Counted from the stretch's first letter, positions 1 through 9,150 are shown. The stretch: 32,000 bases of DNA from Dickeya dadantii NCPPB 898 (GCF_000406145.1 NZ_CM001976.1:1495315-1527314); one strand, 5' to 3'. The notes: generated by a model from the letters alone, not told the origin. Made by a program: numbers and translations.

Positions 1-1000
1 GCGGCCAGGCTTCGGTAAAACGGGTCAGCCAGGCCATCAGGGTTTTATCGTAATCGGCGCCGAAGTTGTGCCAGTCTTCCATCACAAAATAGGATTCGCT
101 GGTGTTGGCAATCTGTTTAATGGATGGCAGGCATCCGTTGGGAAAAATGTATTTATTAATCCACGGGTCAACGTTATGAGCGGTTTTATTCGACCCTATG
201 GTATGCAGCAGGAACAGGCCGTCCGGCTTCAGGCAGCGATCCACCACCTCAAAATAGGCGGCGTAATTTTTCGGCCCGACATGTTCAAACATGCCGACGG
301 AGACAATACGGTCGTACTGCTGGCGCAGATCGCGGTAATCCTGCAATAGAATATGGACATCCAACCCGCTGCAGCGCGCTTCCACAAAGGCTTTCTGCTC
401 AGCGGAAATGGTGACGCCATGCACGGTGACGCCGTAATGCTGGGCGGCGTACACCGCCAGACCGCCCCAGCCGCAGCCGATATCCAGCAGCGTCATGCCG
501 GGTTTGAGCCGGAGTTTTTCGCAGATCAGCGCCAGTTTGTTTTGCTGGGCGTCGTCAAGGGTGTCGGCCTGTTTCCAGTAGCCGCACGAATATTGCATGT
601 AGGGATCGAGCATGTGGCTGAACAGGTCATTGCCGAGGTCATAGTGTGCTTTGCCGACCTGCCACGCACGTTTGCGGGACTGAAGGTTGACCAGCCGTGC
701 CAGGGTGATGCGCATCAGATCGCGCCAGCGTGACGGGCATTGTTCATCCAGCCGGGCGGCGAGTAACCGGTGAAAGAACATATCGAGCCGCGGGCAGTCC
801 CACCAACCTTCCATGTAACTTTCACCCAGGCCAAGCGAACCCTGTTGTAATACGCGTTTGAAAAAGCGTGGATCGTTAACCTGAATATCCCAGGCTTCGT
901 CGCCATTAATGGTAATGCCGGCCTGATGTAATAATTCCTGCGCCATACGCCGCCATTCATTTTTTTCGCTGATATCCTCAACGATGCACACATTACTCAT
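1..1000 (-). CDS. cfa: Cyclopropane-fatty-acyl-phospholipid synthase, partial (C-terminal ~49 codons lie beyond the left edge)
   Basis: Missing from the ORF track because it runs off the window. Reverse-strand ATG at 998-1000 is preceded by AGGAGA. The translation MSNVCIVEDISEKNEWRRMAQELL..GSLGLGESYMEGWWDC..LDIGCGWGGLA..VSVGMFEHVGPKNY..NKYIFPNGCLPS..MEDWHNFGADYDKTLMAW is near-collinear with E. coli Cfa as I recall it. Confidence 0.95.
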   Translation of the reverse strand, partial: MSNVCIVEDISEKNEWRRMAQELLHQAGITINGDEAWDIQVNDPRFFKRVLQQGSLGLGESYMEGWWDCPRLDMFFHRLLAARLDEQCPSRWRDLMRITLARLVNLQSRKRAWQVGKAHYDLGNDLFSHMLDPYMQYSCGYWKQADTLDDAQQNKLALICEKLRLKPGMTLLDIGCGWGGLAVYAAQHYGVTVHGVTISAEQKAFVEARCSGLDVHILLQDYRDLRQQYDRIVSVGMFEHVGPKNYAAYFEVVDRCLKPDGLFLLHTIGSNKTAHNVDPWINKYIFPNGCLPSIKQIANTSESYFVMEDWHNFGADYDKTLMAWLTRFTEAWP

Positions 1001-1351
1001 GATGTCTCCTTTAACTAACAGTTAATTCAATTGGTTATCGATAATGCTGATCACTACTTGGGCACTGTTTTTTCGGATGACATCGTGTCGCCGTCGGCAA
1101 AATGTTCTATTTCATCAAAAGGCGGACAAGCTATTACTAAAAACGGCAAGCGGCCGTGACATAAAAATAATGTCGCTTCCATGAATTCTTCCTCAATCCA
1201 TTTACTGGTTTGAAAAATCGTACAATCACAGCGAGTTCGTTCATCAGGCCATGAGCTGGCACCTGCTGAATAGATGCTGATTATCGGGCAAATCAGGCTG
1301 GCCTGCGTTACCCTATCGAGACAAACTTCATCGAATAGAGGTCAGGCCGTC

Positions 1352-2149
1352 ATGTCGCGTTCGTTTGTTTCTCCCCCCCGTTTGCCGGTGGCCGGACAGC
1401 CCGCGCCGGTATTGCTCACGCTGCCGCGGCCGGTCTACTTTCGCAGCTATCCGCTGGCGAAGGAGACGCAGGTGGCGCAGCACCAGCACCCGTTTGTCGA
1501 ATTTCTGTATGCGCGGGAAGGCGGGATGCGGGTGGAGATTGAAGGCAAGACGCTGATCGTGCCGGTGCTGTACGGCGTCTGGATTCCGGCGCACGTGCCG
1601 CACCGCATTCTGGCGACCAGCGACGTGCTGCTGGAGAGTTTGTACATCGAGCCGGATTACGTGGCTATCGATTACAGCGCTTGTAAGGTCGTGTTGGTCA
1701 GCGATTTCATCCGCGAGTTTATCCACTACGCCACCAGACATGTGCCGGAACAGTATGACCACGATGGTGATGACGCCAGGTTGGTTCGGGTGTTGACCAC
1801 GCTGCTGCGACAGCTGCCGGATGCCGGGTTTTCGCTGTCGTGGCCGCATTCGGCCACGCTGATGCGAGTATGCCGCGATATTCAGCAAACCCCGGATGTG
1901 GCGCACGGCATTGAGGAGTGGGCTTCCCGCACCGGGATGTCGGTGCGCACCTTTTCGCGCCGTTTCAAAAAGGAAACCGGGGTGGCGTTCAGCGAGTGGA
2001 AGAAACGCCTGCGGCTGCTGGAGTCGGTGGTGATGCTAAAAAACAACCACAGCGTGACGCAGGTGGCGCTGGAACTGGGGTATGCCAGCACCGCCTCGTT
2101 TACCTTCGCATTCCGCCAGATGTTCGGAGTGCCGCCGACGCGCTATTAA
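1352..2149 (+). CDS. AraC-family transcriptional regulator with N-terminal cupin-like effector domain
   Basis: ORF 1274-2149. Preferred start is ATG 1352, with GAGG about 10 nt upstream. N-terminal cupin-like stretch (HPFVEFLYAREGGMRVEIEG..VWIPAHVPH). C-terminal AraC double HTH (SVRTFSRRFKKETGVAFSEWKKRLRL..LGYASTASFTFAFRQMFGVPP). Confidence 0.85.
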   Translation: MSRSFVSPPRLPVAGQPAPVLLTLPRPVYFRSYPLAKETQVAQHQHPFVEFLYAREGGMRVEIEGKTLIVPVLYGVWIPAHVPHRILATSDVLLESLYIEPDYVAIDYSACKVVLVSDFIREFIHYATRHVPEQYDHDGDDARLVRVLTTLLRQLPDAGFSLSWPHSATLMRVCRDIQQTPDVAHGIEEWASRTGMSVRTFSRRFKKETGVAFSEWKKRLRLLESVVMLKNNHSVTQVALELGYASTASFTFAFRQMFGVPPTRY

Positions 2150-2384
2150 TTCCCGCTTTTTCGGCCTGCGGTCAGATTGCTGACAAACACCATAACAAAA
2201 TTCACCGTTCGTAAGAAAACATGTGCTGTTTGTTAGCAGCCCCACCTGCGGTGCGGATGAGCGCGCAAGGACGACCAACAGCGGAAACAGCAGCGGTGCC
2301 AAACTGAGAGCATCACACTTCAGTTAAGAAGGAGCGTCCACATGCGAAATCAACCCTTGGCATTGATTTGGCAAAAAATCCACT

Positions 2385-2996
2385 TCATGGCGTAGCAGGG
2401 AACGGTGCCGAGCGACTGACCAGAAACGCATTCCTGCCATTTCTGGCCCAGTCGCCCCCCTGTTTGGTATGAAGCCTGTGCATCAGCATCACTTCGCTCG
2501 TCGTTTGATGCACGAACACCGCACCGAGGATGCCGACAAAGATCACGCACACCGCGCTGACGGCCGGGATACCGCCGATGCTGCCGCCCACCGCCATCGC
2601 GATCGGCGTGGTGACCGATTTCGGCAGGATCGACGCGGCAATCGCCGGCGTCGCTCCCAGCCGCAGCGCAATCCAGGTGCCGGTGACCATCGCCACTACG
2701 CTGCCGAGAAAGCAGACGCTGATGATCGACTTCCAGCGCATGCGAATCTGGTGCAGCTGTTCATACAACGGAAACGCCAGCGCCACCACCGCCGGTTGCA
2801 GCAGGCTGTTGAGCACCGAGCTGCCGCGGAAATAGCGTTCGTAGGGAATGTGGCTGACCAGCAGAAACGCGATCAGCACCACCATGGAAACCAGCAACGG
2901 GTTTAGCAACGGCGAATTCAGGCGCTGGGCCAGCCGACGCGCCAAAAAGAACACCAGCAGCGTTAATGGCAGCGACCAGACGATATCATGCCACAT
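2385..2996 (-). CDS. yohK: LrgB/YohK-family membrane protein; the 3' end appears frameshifted or decayed (possible pseudogene extending to ~2260)
   Basis: The first ~158 aa ([82 protein letters not shown]) are collinear with E. coli YohK. The last ~45 aa of the 203-aa ORF show no family resemblance. A family-like C-terminus is readable in another frame at 2267-2317. Confidence 0.8.
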   Translation of the reverse strand: MWHDIVWSLPLTLLVFFLARRLAQRLNSPLLNPLLVSMVVLIAFLLVSHIPYERYFRGSSVLNSLLQPAVVALAFPLYEQLHQIRMRWKSIISVCFLGSVVAMVTGTWIALRLGATPAIAASILPKSVTTPIAMAVGGSIGGIPAVSAVCVIFVGILGAVFVHQTTSEVMLMHRLHTKQGGDWARNGRNAFLVSRSAPFPATP

Positions 2997-3402
2997 GGTC
3001 GGCTCCTTTTTCCGCGTCGGCCTGATGGCGGGCCGCTTTACGGCCGTGGATCAGATGCGAACACGCGCTCACGGTGATCAGCACCACCAGCGTGCTGGCG
3101 GCGCAGGAAATGATTACCGGCGCGAACTGGGCGCGCAGCAGGTCGAAATACTGCATCACGCCGACGCCAATCGGCACGAACAGCAGCGCCATATAGCGGA
3201 TCAGCACATGGCACCCCGGTTTGACCCACTGCGCCGGGATAATCTGCAACGACAACAACAGAAACAGGATCAGCATGCCGATGATGCTGCCCGGCAGGGT
3301 GATGGGAAGCACGGCGGATACGCCGATGCCGAGATACAAACAGGCGTAAATCAGTAAAAACGCTCGGGCCTGATGCCAGAAGCGGGTCATAACGGTATTC
3401 AT
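2986..3402 (-). CDS. yohJ: LrgA/YohJ-family small membrane protein
   Basis: 138 aa. [72 protein letters not shown] is near-identical in pattern to E. coli YohJ. It overlaps the yohK start by 11 nt, an operon arrangement. Confidence 0.92.
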   Translation of the reverse strand: MNTVMTRFWHQARAFLLIYACLYLGIGVSAVLPITLPGSIIGMLILFLLLSLQIIPAQWVKPGCHVLIRYMALLFVPIGVGVMQYFDLLRAQFAPVIISCAASTLVVLITVSACSHLIHGRKAARHQADAEKGADHVA

Positions 3403-3530
3403 GAAAGCGTCTGCCAGCGGATGAAGGTGGATGGATAACGGCGTTGATTATCTCCCCTTCCGCTGTGGCTGGTATTATCAAATCAGGACGATGTTTGTCG
3501 AAATAAAGACAGGTGGGCAATAAAGCCAAA

Positions 3531-4187
3531 TCACCCCTGCGTGCTTTTCTTCAGCGCGTCGTACAGCCGCACCAGCTCGGCCAGTGAGTCGGCTTTCATC
3601 TTGCGCATCACCGCCGCGCGTCGCACTTTCACCGTGATTTCGCTGACGCCGAGCTGCGCGGCGATCTGCTTGTTCAGTTGCCCGGTCACCACCTGTTCCA
3701 GCACCTGCTGTTCGCCGGTGCTCAGGCTGTCGTGGCATGCCTGTAATCCGGCCTGAATATCGGCCCGACGGCGTTGTTCGCCATCCCGTTCTAGCCCTTT
3801 CTGGATGGCGTCGAGCAGGTCTTGTTCACGAAACGGTTTGGTCAGAAATTCCAGCGCGCCCGCTTTCATGGCGCGCACCGACATCGGAATGTCGCCGTGG
3901 GCGGTAATAAAAATCACCGGCAGCGTGATGCCGTGGCGGTGCATGTCATCCTGAAAATCCAGCCCGCTCATGCCCGGCATGCGCACGTCCAGAATCAGGC
4001 AGCCCGGCCGGTCAGGGCGGCGCGCGCTGATAAACTGCTGCGGCGACTCGAAGGCCTGGCTCTCCAGCCCGACCGACGCCAGCAGGTCTTCCAGCGCGGC
4101 CCGCACCGATGCGTCATCATCGACGATATAAATTATCGGCGCCGGTTCATTCCGCAGCGGGTGTTGATTCAGAAGGGTGTCGTTCAT
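3531..4187 (-). CDS. Two-component response regulator, FixJ/NarL (LuxR-type HTH) family
   Basis: 218 aa. Receiver domain (IYIVDDDASVR..LILDVRMPGMSGLDF..PVIFITAHGDIPMSVRAMKAGALEFLTKPF) and C-terminal LuxR HTH (LSTGEQQVLEQVVTGQLNKQIAAQLGVSEITVKVRRAAVMRKM). Confidence 0.92.
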   Translation of the reverse strand: MNDTLLNQHPLRNEPAPIIYIVDDDASVRAALEDLLASVGLESQAFESPQQFISARRPDRPGCLILDVRMPGMSGLDFQDDMHRHGITLPVIFITAHGDIPMSVRAMKAGALEFLTKPFREQDLLDAIQKGLERDGEQRRRADIQAGLQACHDSLSTGEQQVLEQVVTGQLNKQIAAQLGVSEITVKVRRAAVMRKMKADSLAELVRLYDALKKSTQG

Positions 4188-5250
4188 GGTGCTTTTTTTC
4201 CGTTCCCGGCAGGGTGAAGTAAAAGGTAGCGCCGCCGTCGGTATTGGCGCTGGCCCAGATCCGGCCGCCGTGGGTTTCGATGATCGAGCGGCTGATGGTC
4301 AGGCCCATGCCCATGCCGGTCGATTTGGTGGTGAAAAAGGTATCGAACAGCCGTTCGCTTTCTTCTGGTTTGAACCCGACGCCCTGATCGCAGACCGCAA
4401 AGCGAATATCCCCGTTTTTGTCGCGGTCCACGGTGACCGATAGCGCACGTTGTTCGGTCTTGGCGGCGTCGATGGCATCCACTGCATTCAGGATCAGGTT
4501 CATCAATACCTGCTGAATCTGGATCTTGTCCGCCAGAATCGGCGGCAGACCTTCCGTCACGCTGAAGCTAAACAGAATACGCTGCTGCATCAGTTCAGTG
4601 CGAATCAACAGCAGCATTTCGTCGATGGTATCGGTGATGTTCAGCCATGCCTTGTGCGGGGGCGTGCGGCTGGCGAACCCGCGGATGCGGGCGATGATTT
4701 CGCTGGCGCGGTTGGCGTCGCTGATGATGCGCTGTACCGCCAGTTCCGCGCGCGCCTGATTGGCCGGCGTGGCGTTGAGCCAGCGCAGACAGGCGTTGCC
4801 GCTGGTGACGATGGAGGCCAGCGGCTGGTTGACCTCATGGGCGATCGACGCGGTCAGTTCGCCCATCAGGTTTACGCGGGAGATCTGCGCCAGCTGGGCG
4901 CGCGCTTCATGAAACGCGTTGATGGCGGCCGACATTTTTAACGCCAGATAGGTCGACAGCGTAATCGCCAGCAGGCTGATGCCGCAGTTGATCAGGCTGG
5001 ATTCGCTGCCGTCGGGCTTGCTGAGCTTATAGCTGAGCAGCGTCAGCACGATGCACAGCGCCGCGATGGCGCTCACGCCGCGCGGGGTCAGAAAACGCAC
5101 CGCCAGCAGCACGATGGCAATCTGAAACACCCCCACCGCGATTTCCAGATCGGTGAGGGTATCGACCACCGCGATACCCACTGCCATCAGCACCAGCGGG
5201 ATCACCCGCAACGTCGCGGCAGCGTGGCCGACGCGTGTTTTCTCACTCAT
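4147..5250 (-). CDS. Sensor histidine kinase with a membrane-only N-terminal region (four hydrophobic segments, no obvious periplasmic or PAS/HAMP domain)
   Basis: The ORF track gives 4147-5370. I prefer ATG 5250 (MSEKTRVGHAA..) because the longer form overlaps the upstream ATPase gene. H-box is ELTASIAHEVNQPL. N/G boxes are QQVLMNLILNAVDA and DQGVGF..TKSTGMGMGLTISRSI. The 3' end overlaps the regulator start by 41 nt. Confidence 0.85.
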   Translation of the reverse strand: MSEKTRVGHAAATLRVIPLVLMAVGIAVVDTLTDLEIAVGVFQIAIVLLAVRFLTPRGVSAIAALCIVLTLLSYKLSKPDGSESSLINCGISLLAITLSTYLALKMSAAINAFHEARAQLAQISRVNLMGELTASIAHEVNQPLASIVTSGNACLRWLNATPANQARAELAVQRIISDANRASEIIARIRGFASRTPPHKAWLNITDTIDEMLLLIRTELMQQRILFSFSVTEGLPPILADKIQIQQVLMNLILNAVDAIDAAKTEQRALSVTVDRDKNGDIRFAVCDQGVGFKPEESERLFDTFFTTKSTGMGMGLTISRSIIETHGGRIWASANTDGGATFYFTLPGTEKKHHERHPSESTPAAE

Positions 5251-5297
5251 CGTCAAGCACCCTTTTCTGTGTCGATCCCGCTGCCGGCGGCGCGTGG

Positions 5298-6644
5298 TTA
5301 CGACGGGTTTTCCAGGCTGAACTGGTCGTGGGTTTCGTCGTAGGCGAACAGTTCCGCGTAACGTCCCCATTGCGTGACCGAATTCAGGGTCTGTGCTGCG
5401 TCGATTTCCGACATGAAATCCTCCAGTTCGTCACGAAAGCGGCGGGCCGGGGCGGTGCGTGACGAACGCTCGTCCAGCACCCGCCGGATGTGCGCGACCA
5501 GCGGTACGTAATTCAACAAATGCTGGGCAAACAGCTGTTTACGTTCGTCCACGCTGGCGTTGGCGTAGCGGCCGGCGGCCGGCAGCAGCCGGATGTCGCC
5601 GCCCTGCAATTCGGCGAGCCGCAGCAATTGCAGGATCTCCGCCACCGGGAACAGTTCGTCGGCGGTGTACTGCAAGGCGTTGGCCAGCTCCGGCAGGTCG
5701 GCTTTGCCGTCGTACGGCGCGGCGTGTACCGCCTCGATCAGGCCGGCCAGCGAGTTGGTGGACACCAGCGGCAGCACCATGCCCAGCCCGGAGCCGGGGA
5801 AAATCCCCTGCCGCGCGGCGCCCGCGCCGTTATCTGAGGTCATTTTAACGTAAATGTCTTCAACCAGCGCGCGAAACGCCGGATCCTGACGGTTGCGCGG
5901 CTGCGGCAGGTCGACGCGGATTTCGCAGGCCACCCGGCCGGGATTGATGGAAAACAGGATGATGCGATCGCACATCAGCACCGCTTCTTCGATATTGTGC
6001 GTCACCATCAGGATGGACTTGATCGGCATGCGGCCTTCGCCCCACAGGTCCAGCAGGTCGGTGCGCAGGGTTTCGGCGGTCAGCACGTCCAGCGCGGAAA
6101 ACGGCTCGTCCATCAGCAGGATGTCCGGGTCCACCACCAGCGCGCGCGCCAGCCCGACGCGCTGCCGCATCCCGCCGGACAACTCCTTGGGATAGGCGTT
6201 CTCAAAGCCGTCGAGGCCGATCAGGTCGATGGCCGCCAGCGCCCGTTTACGGCGCTGTTCCACCGGCACGTTTTGCGCTTCCAGCCCGACTTCGACGTTT
6301 TGCTGCACCGTCAGCCAGGGAAACAGGGCGAAACTCTGGAACACCATGCTGACGGTGGTCGGCCTGCCGTCCGGCCCCGGCGGGAAATCCACCTGCCCGG
6401 CGCTCGGTGTGAGCAACCCGGCGATCGAGCGCAGCAGGGTCGACTTGCCGGAACCGGAGCGACCGAGCAACCCGACGATTTCGTTGTCGTACAACGTCAG
6501 ATTGACGTCGTCCAGCACCAGCCGCTCGGCGCTGCCGGGTTTGCCATACAGATGCCGGACGTGTTGTACATTCACCAGGCAGTGCGATTGATGAGCCAGA
6601 CCGTTCGGTTGATGAACCTGGCCGTTCTGTTGATCAATAATCAT
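5298..6644 (-). CDS. ABC transporter ATP-binding protein (nitrate/sulfonate/taurine-type NBD) with a ~190-aa C-terminal extension
   Basis: ORF 5298-6683. Preferred start is ATG 6644 (GGAGAA upstream), which clears the permease stop at 6655. Walker A GRSGSGKST, signature LSGGMRQRVGLARAL, Walker B ILLMDEPFSALD, H-loop VTHNIEEA. A non-NBD tail follows (..LPELANALQYTADELFPVAEILQLLRLAELQGGDI..) and resembles the AAA-associated C-terminal domain found on some NitT/TauT ATPases (from memory, not searched). Confidence 0.88.
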   Translation of the reverse strand: MIIDQQNGQVHQPNGLAHQSHCLVNVQHVRHLYGKPGSAERLVLDDVNLTLYDNEIVGLLGRSGSGKSTLLRSIAGLLTPSAGQVDFPPGPDGRPTTVSMVFQSFALFPWLTVQQNVEVGLEAQNVPVEQRRKRALAAIDLIGLDGFENAYPKELSGGMRQRVGLARALVVDPDILLMDEPFSALDVLTAETLRTDLLDLWGEGRMPIKSILMVTHNIEEAVLMCDRIILFSINPGRVACEIRVDLPQPRNRQDPAFRALVEDIYVKMTSDNGAGAARQGIFPGSGLGMVLPLVSTNSLAGLIEAVHAAPYDGKADLPELANALQYTADELFPVAEILQLLRLAELQGGDIRLLPAAGRYANASVDERKQLFAQHLLNYVPLVAHIRRVLDERSSRTAPARRFRDELEDFMSEIDAAQTLNSVTQWGRYAELFAYDETHDQFSLENPS

Positions 6645-6654
6645 GGTGTTCTCC

Positions 6655-8409
6655 TTAACCGAGGCGCAGGCGGCGTTCGGCAAATTGGTACAGGGGGCGC
6701 CACAGCAGGCGGTTAAAGGCGATCACAAATACCGACATCACCGCGATGCCCAGCGCGACCCGGGGAAAGTCGGCCGCGGTGGTCGCATTGGCGATGTAGG
6801 CGCCAAGGCCGGTTGCTTCCAGATGTTGTTTCCCCCAGGAAATGGATTCGGACACGATGCTGGCGTTCCAGGAGCCGCCGGACGCGGTGAGCGCGCCGGT
6901 CACGTAGTAGGGGAAAATGCCGGGCAGCGCTACCTGACGCCACCACTGCCAGCGCCGGATACCGTAAATGCGCGCTGCCTCCAGCAGGTCGGTCGGCAGG
7001 GCGGCGGCGCCGGCGATCACGTTGAACAGGATGTACCACTGGGTGCCCAGCACCATCAGCGGCGACAGCCAGATATCCGGATTGAGGTTAAAGCCGGCGA
7101 TGAGGATCACCGCGAACGGAAACAGCACGTTGGCCGGAAAAGCGGCCAGAAACTGGGCCAACGGTTGCAGGCGTTCGGCGACGCTGGGCTGCAAACCGAT
7201 CCACACGCCGATCGGCAGCCAGATGACGCTGGCCAGCGCGATCAGCACTACTACCCGCGCCAGCGTCGCCAGCCCCATGCCGAACACCGCGATGACATCC
7301 GCCATGCCGAGCGACGCGCCGATGTATTGCACTAACTGCACCACGCCTGCCAGTACGCCGATAATCACCAGCGCCAGCCACAGCCGATCGGTGATCTTGC
7401 TGTAATGAGGGCCGGGCGTGTGGCTTAAAAACGGTGGCAACCGCGGCCAGCGCAACGCCGCCAGCGCGTGAAACGGCCAGCCAAGCACGCCGGCGATCGC
7501 CGTTGAGATGTGGGTGCGGCGGATCAGGTCGTAGACCCAGGAGCGCGGTCGTTTCTGCGACGCGGTCTGCTCGAAACGGAACTTGTCCGCCCAGGCCACC
7601 ACCGGCCGGAACAGCAGTTGATCGTACAGCACAATCACCACGGTCATAGCGACGACCGCCCAGGCGATGGCGGTCAGGTTTTCCTGCGCGATCGCCAGCG
7701 CCAGCCAGGAACCGATCCCCGGCAGGTTGACGGTGGTGTTGCCGACGGTGATCGCTTCCGACGCCACCACGAAGAACCAGCCGCCGGACATCGACATCAT
7801 CATGTTCCACACCAGACCGGGGGTGGCGAACGGCAGCTCCAGCCGGATAAACCGCCGCCAGGGCGAGAAACCGAATTGCTGGCTGACCTCGCTCAGATCG
7901 CCGGGAAGGGTGCGCAGCGACTGGAAAAAGCTGAACGCCATATTCCAGGCCTGACTGGTGAAAATGGCGAAGATGGCCGCGCATTCCACCCCTAACTGGC
8001 GGCCGGGAAACAGCCCCATGAAAAAAGTGACGGTGAAGGTCAGAAACCCCAGCACCGGCACCGATTGCAGGATATCCAGCGCCGGGATGATCACCATCTC
8101 GGCCTTACGGCTCTTGGCGGCCAGCGTGGCGATGACCAGCGTGAACAGCAGCGACACCCCCAGCGCCACGAACATGCGCAGAGTGGTACGTAGCGCGTAT
8201 TCGGGCAGCAGGGCGATATCCAGCCTGACCGGGCTGGCGTCCAGAATGGAGAGCGGCAGGTTCATTTGCTCCATGCCGTACACCACCAGCGCCGCTACCA
8301 GCGCCAGCAGGGTGAAAAACAGCATGTCCGCCCGGTAGGACGGCGCCGCGTGCCGCCGGATAGGGCGCATGGCCTGGTCAGTCATAATGCTCTGAAGGGG
8401 ATGATGCAT
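6655..8409 (-). CDS. ABC transporter permease with two fused transmembrane permease domains (NitT/TauT-like)
   Basis: ORF 6655-8436. Start ATG 8409 has AGGAAA 5 nt upstream; ATG 8436 is the alternative. The internal duplication is visible in the two EAA-type loops: LPGDLSEVSQQFGFSPWRRFIRLELPFATPGLVWNMMMSMSGGWFFVVASE versus LPTDLLEAARIYGIRRWQWWRQVALPGIFPYYVTGALTASGGSWNASIVSE. Confidence 0.85.
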   Translation of the reverse strand: MHHPLQSIMTDQAMRPIRRHAAPSYRADMLFFTLLALVAALVVYGMEQMNLPLSILDASPVRLDIALLPEYALRTTLRMFVALGVSLLFTLVIATLAAKSRKAEMVIIPALDILQSVPVLGFLTFTVTFFMGLFPGRQLGVECAAIFAIFTSQAWNMAFSFFQSLRTLPGDLSEVSQQFGFSPWRRFIRLELPFATPGLVWNMMMSMSGGWFFVVASEAITVGNTTVNLPGIGSWLALAIAQENLTAIAWAVVAMTVVIVLYDQLLFRPVVAWADKFRFEQTASQKRPRSWVYDLIRRTHISTAIAGVLGWPFHALAALRWPRLPPFLSHTPGPHYSKITDRLWLALVIIGVLAGVVQLVQYIGASLGMADVIAVFGMGLATLARVVVLIALASVIWLPIGVWIGLQPSVAERLQPLAQFLAAFPANVLFPFAVILIAGFNLNPDIWLSPLMVLGTQWYILFNVIAGAAALPTDLLEAARIYGIRRWQWWRQVALPGIFPYYVTGALTASGGSWNASIVSESISWGKQHLEATGLGAYIANATTAADFPRVALGIAVMSVFVIAFNRLLWRPLYQFAERRLRLG

Positions 8410-8511
8410 GATTTTCCTCGCGGTAATGTCAGGCATTAGCCGGAAAAATGTCTGGCGGCAGGCATCGTGTCGTGTTTTCGCAATAATCCACGGTCATCGC
8501 TATTGATTACT

Positions 8512-8543
8512 GTAAAAACACGTTGCCGTAAAAATACGCTGCC
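8512..8543. repeat. 2 x 16-bp tandem direct repeat upstream of the ABC/two-component block
   Basis: GTAAAAACACGTTGCC and GTAAAAATACGCTGCC are directly adjacent and 14/16 identical. They sit 76-134 nt upstream of the two candidate permease starts. Confidence 0.7.
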
Positions 8544-8971
8544 GCAACTAAGACAGTCGGTCGGTTTTATTCTCTGATGAATGCGGGTGAAAAATATAAT
8601 AAGTGCTAAATCGCGTCCACGATTAAAAAGTATAGGTCATCTATACCAAAGTATATTCCGCCGAGACGATGGCGTGATTGAAATGGTCATCGGAAAGTTT
8701 TTTCTTATTAATTATAATTTTATCGGGTGATTCTGTTTTGGCGGCTACCGCGGGTTTTATCCCCCATCACCGCCGGCGAACGGGCCGTTAATGATATTGT
8801 TTTTTACTTTGCATGAATTATTTATGAATCTTCGTTGGGTAAATAAATCGAAAAATAAAGTTGGCGGTGTTTTAATTCCAGGGGGATAAATGCGAGAGAG
8901 GCTTTTTTCCTGAATCGATGGTTGGTGCTATGTGTAATGAGCGCCGCGATTACCTTGTTCTCCGTTAACAT

Positions 8972-9097
8972 ATTAATCGCTGCTATTACATTAATCGCTA
9001 CTGCCACATGAATCGCTACTGCCACATGAATCTCTACTGCCACATTAATCTCCACTGTCACATTAATCGCTACCGCCAGGTTGATCGTCGCTACCAC
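8972..9097. repeat. 7 x 18-bp head-to-tail tandem repeat (minisatellite-like), consensus ATTAATCGCTACTGCCAC
   Basis: The units start at 8972, 8990, 9008, 9026, 9044, 9062 and 9080. The central copies differ by 1-2 nt and the outer copies are more degenerate. There are no spacers between units. Confidence 0.9.
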
Positions 9098-9150
9098 ATT
9101 GCAGAAAAATAGTGGGGCGATGTTTTTTCCGTTGACGGCACGCGGGCGAT

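Noticed and set aside
5250-5370. The longer 407-aa form of the histidine kinase starting at 5370.
   Set aside because: The extra 40 codons are Arg-rich, are not membrane- or kinase-like, and overlap the 3' end of the ATPase gene by 73 nt. The internal ATG 5250 begins directly before the first hydrophobic segment.
8822-9097. The 91-aa minus-strand ORF with a hexapeptide-repeat N-terminus (AINVxV), as a real left-handed-helix or amyloid-like protein.
   Set aside because: It starts at GTG with no Shine-Dalgarno sequence. The repetitive part simply reflects the 18-bp DNA repeat, and the non-repeat part is AT-rich with no recognisable domain. I kept it only as a possibility under the repeat finding.
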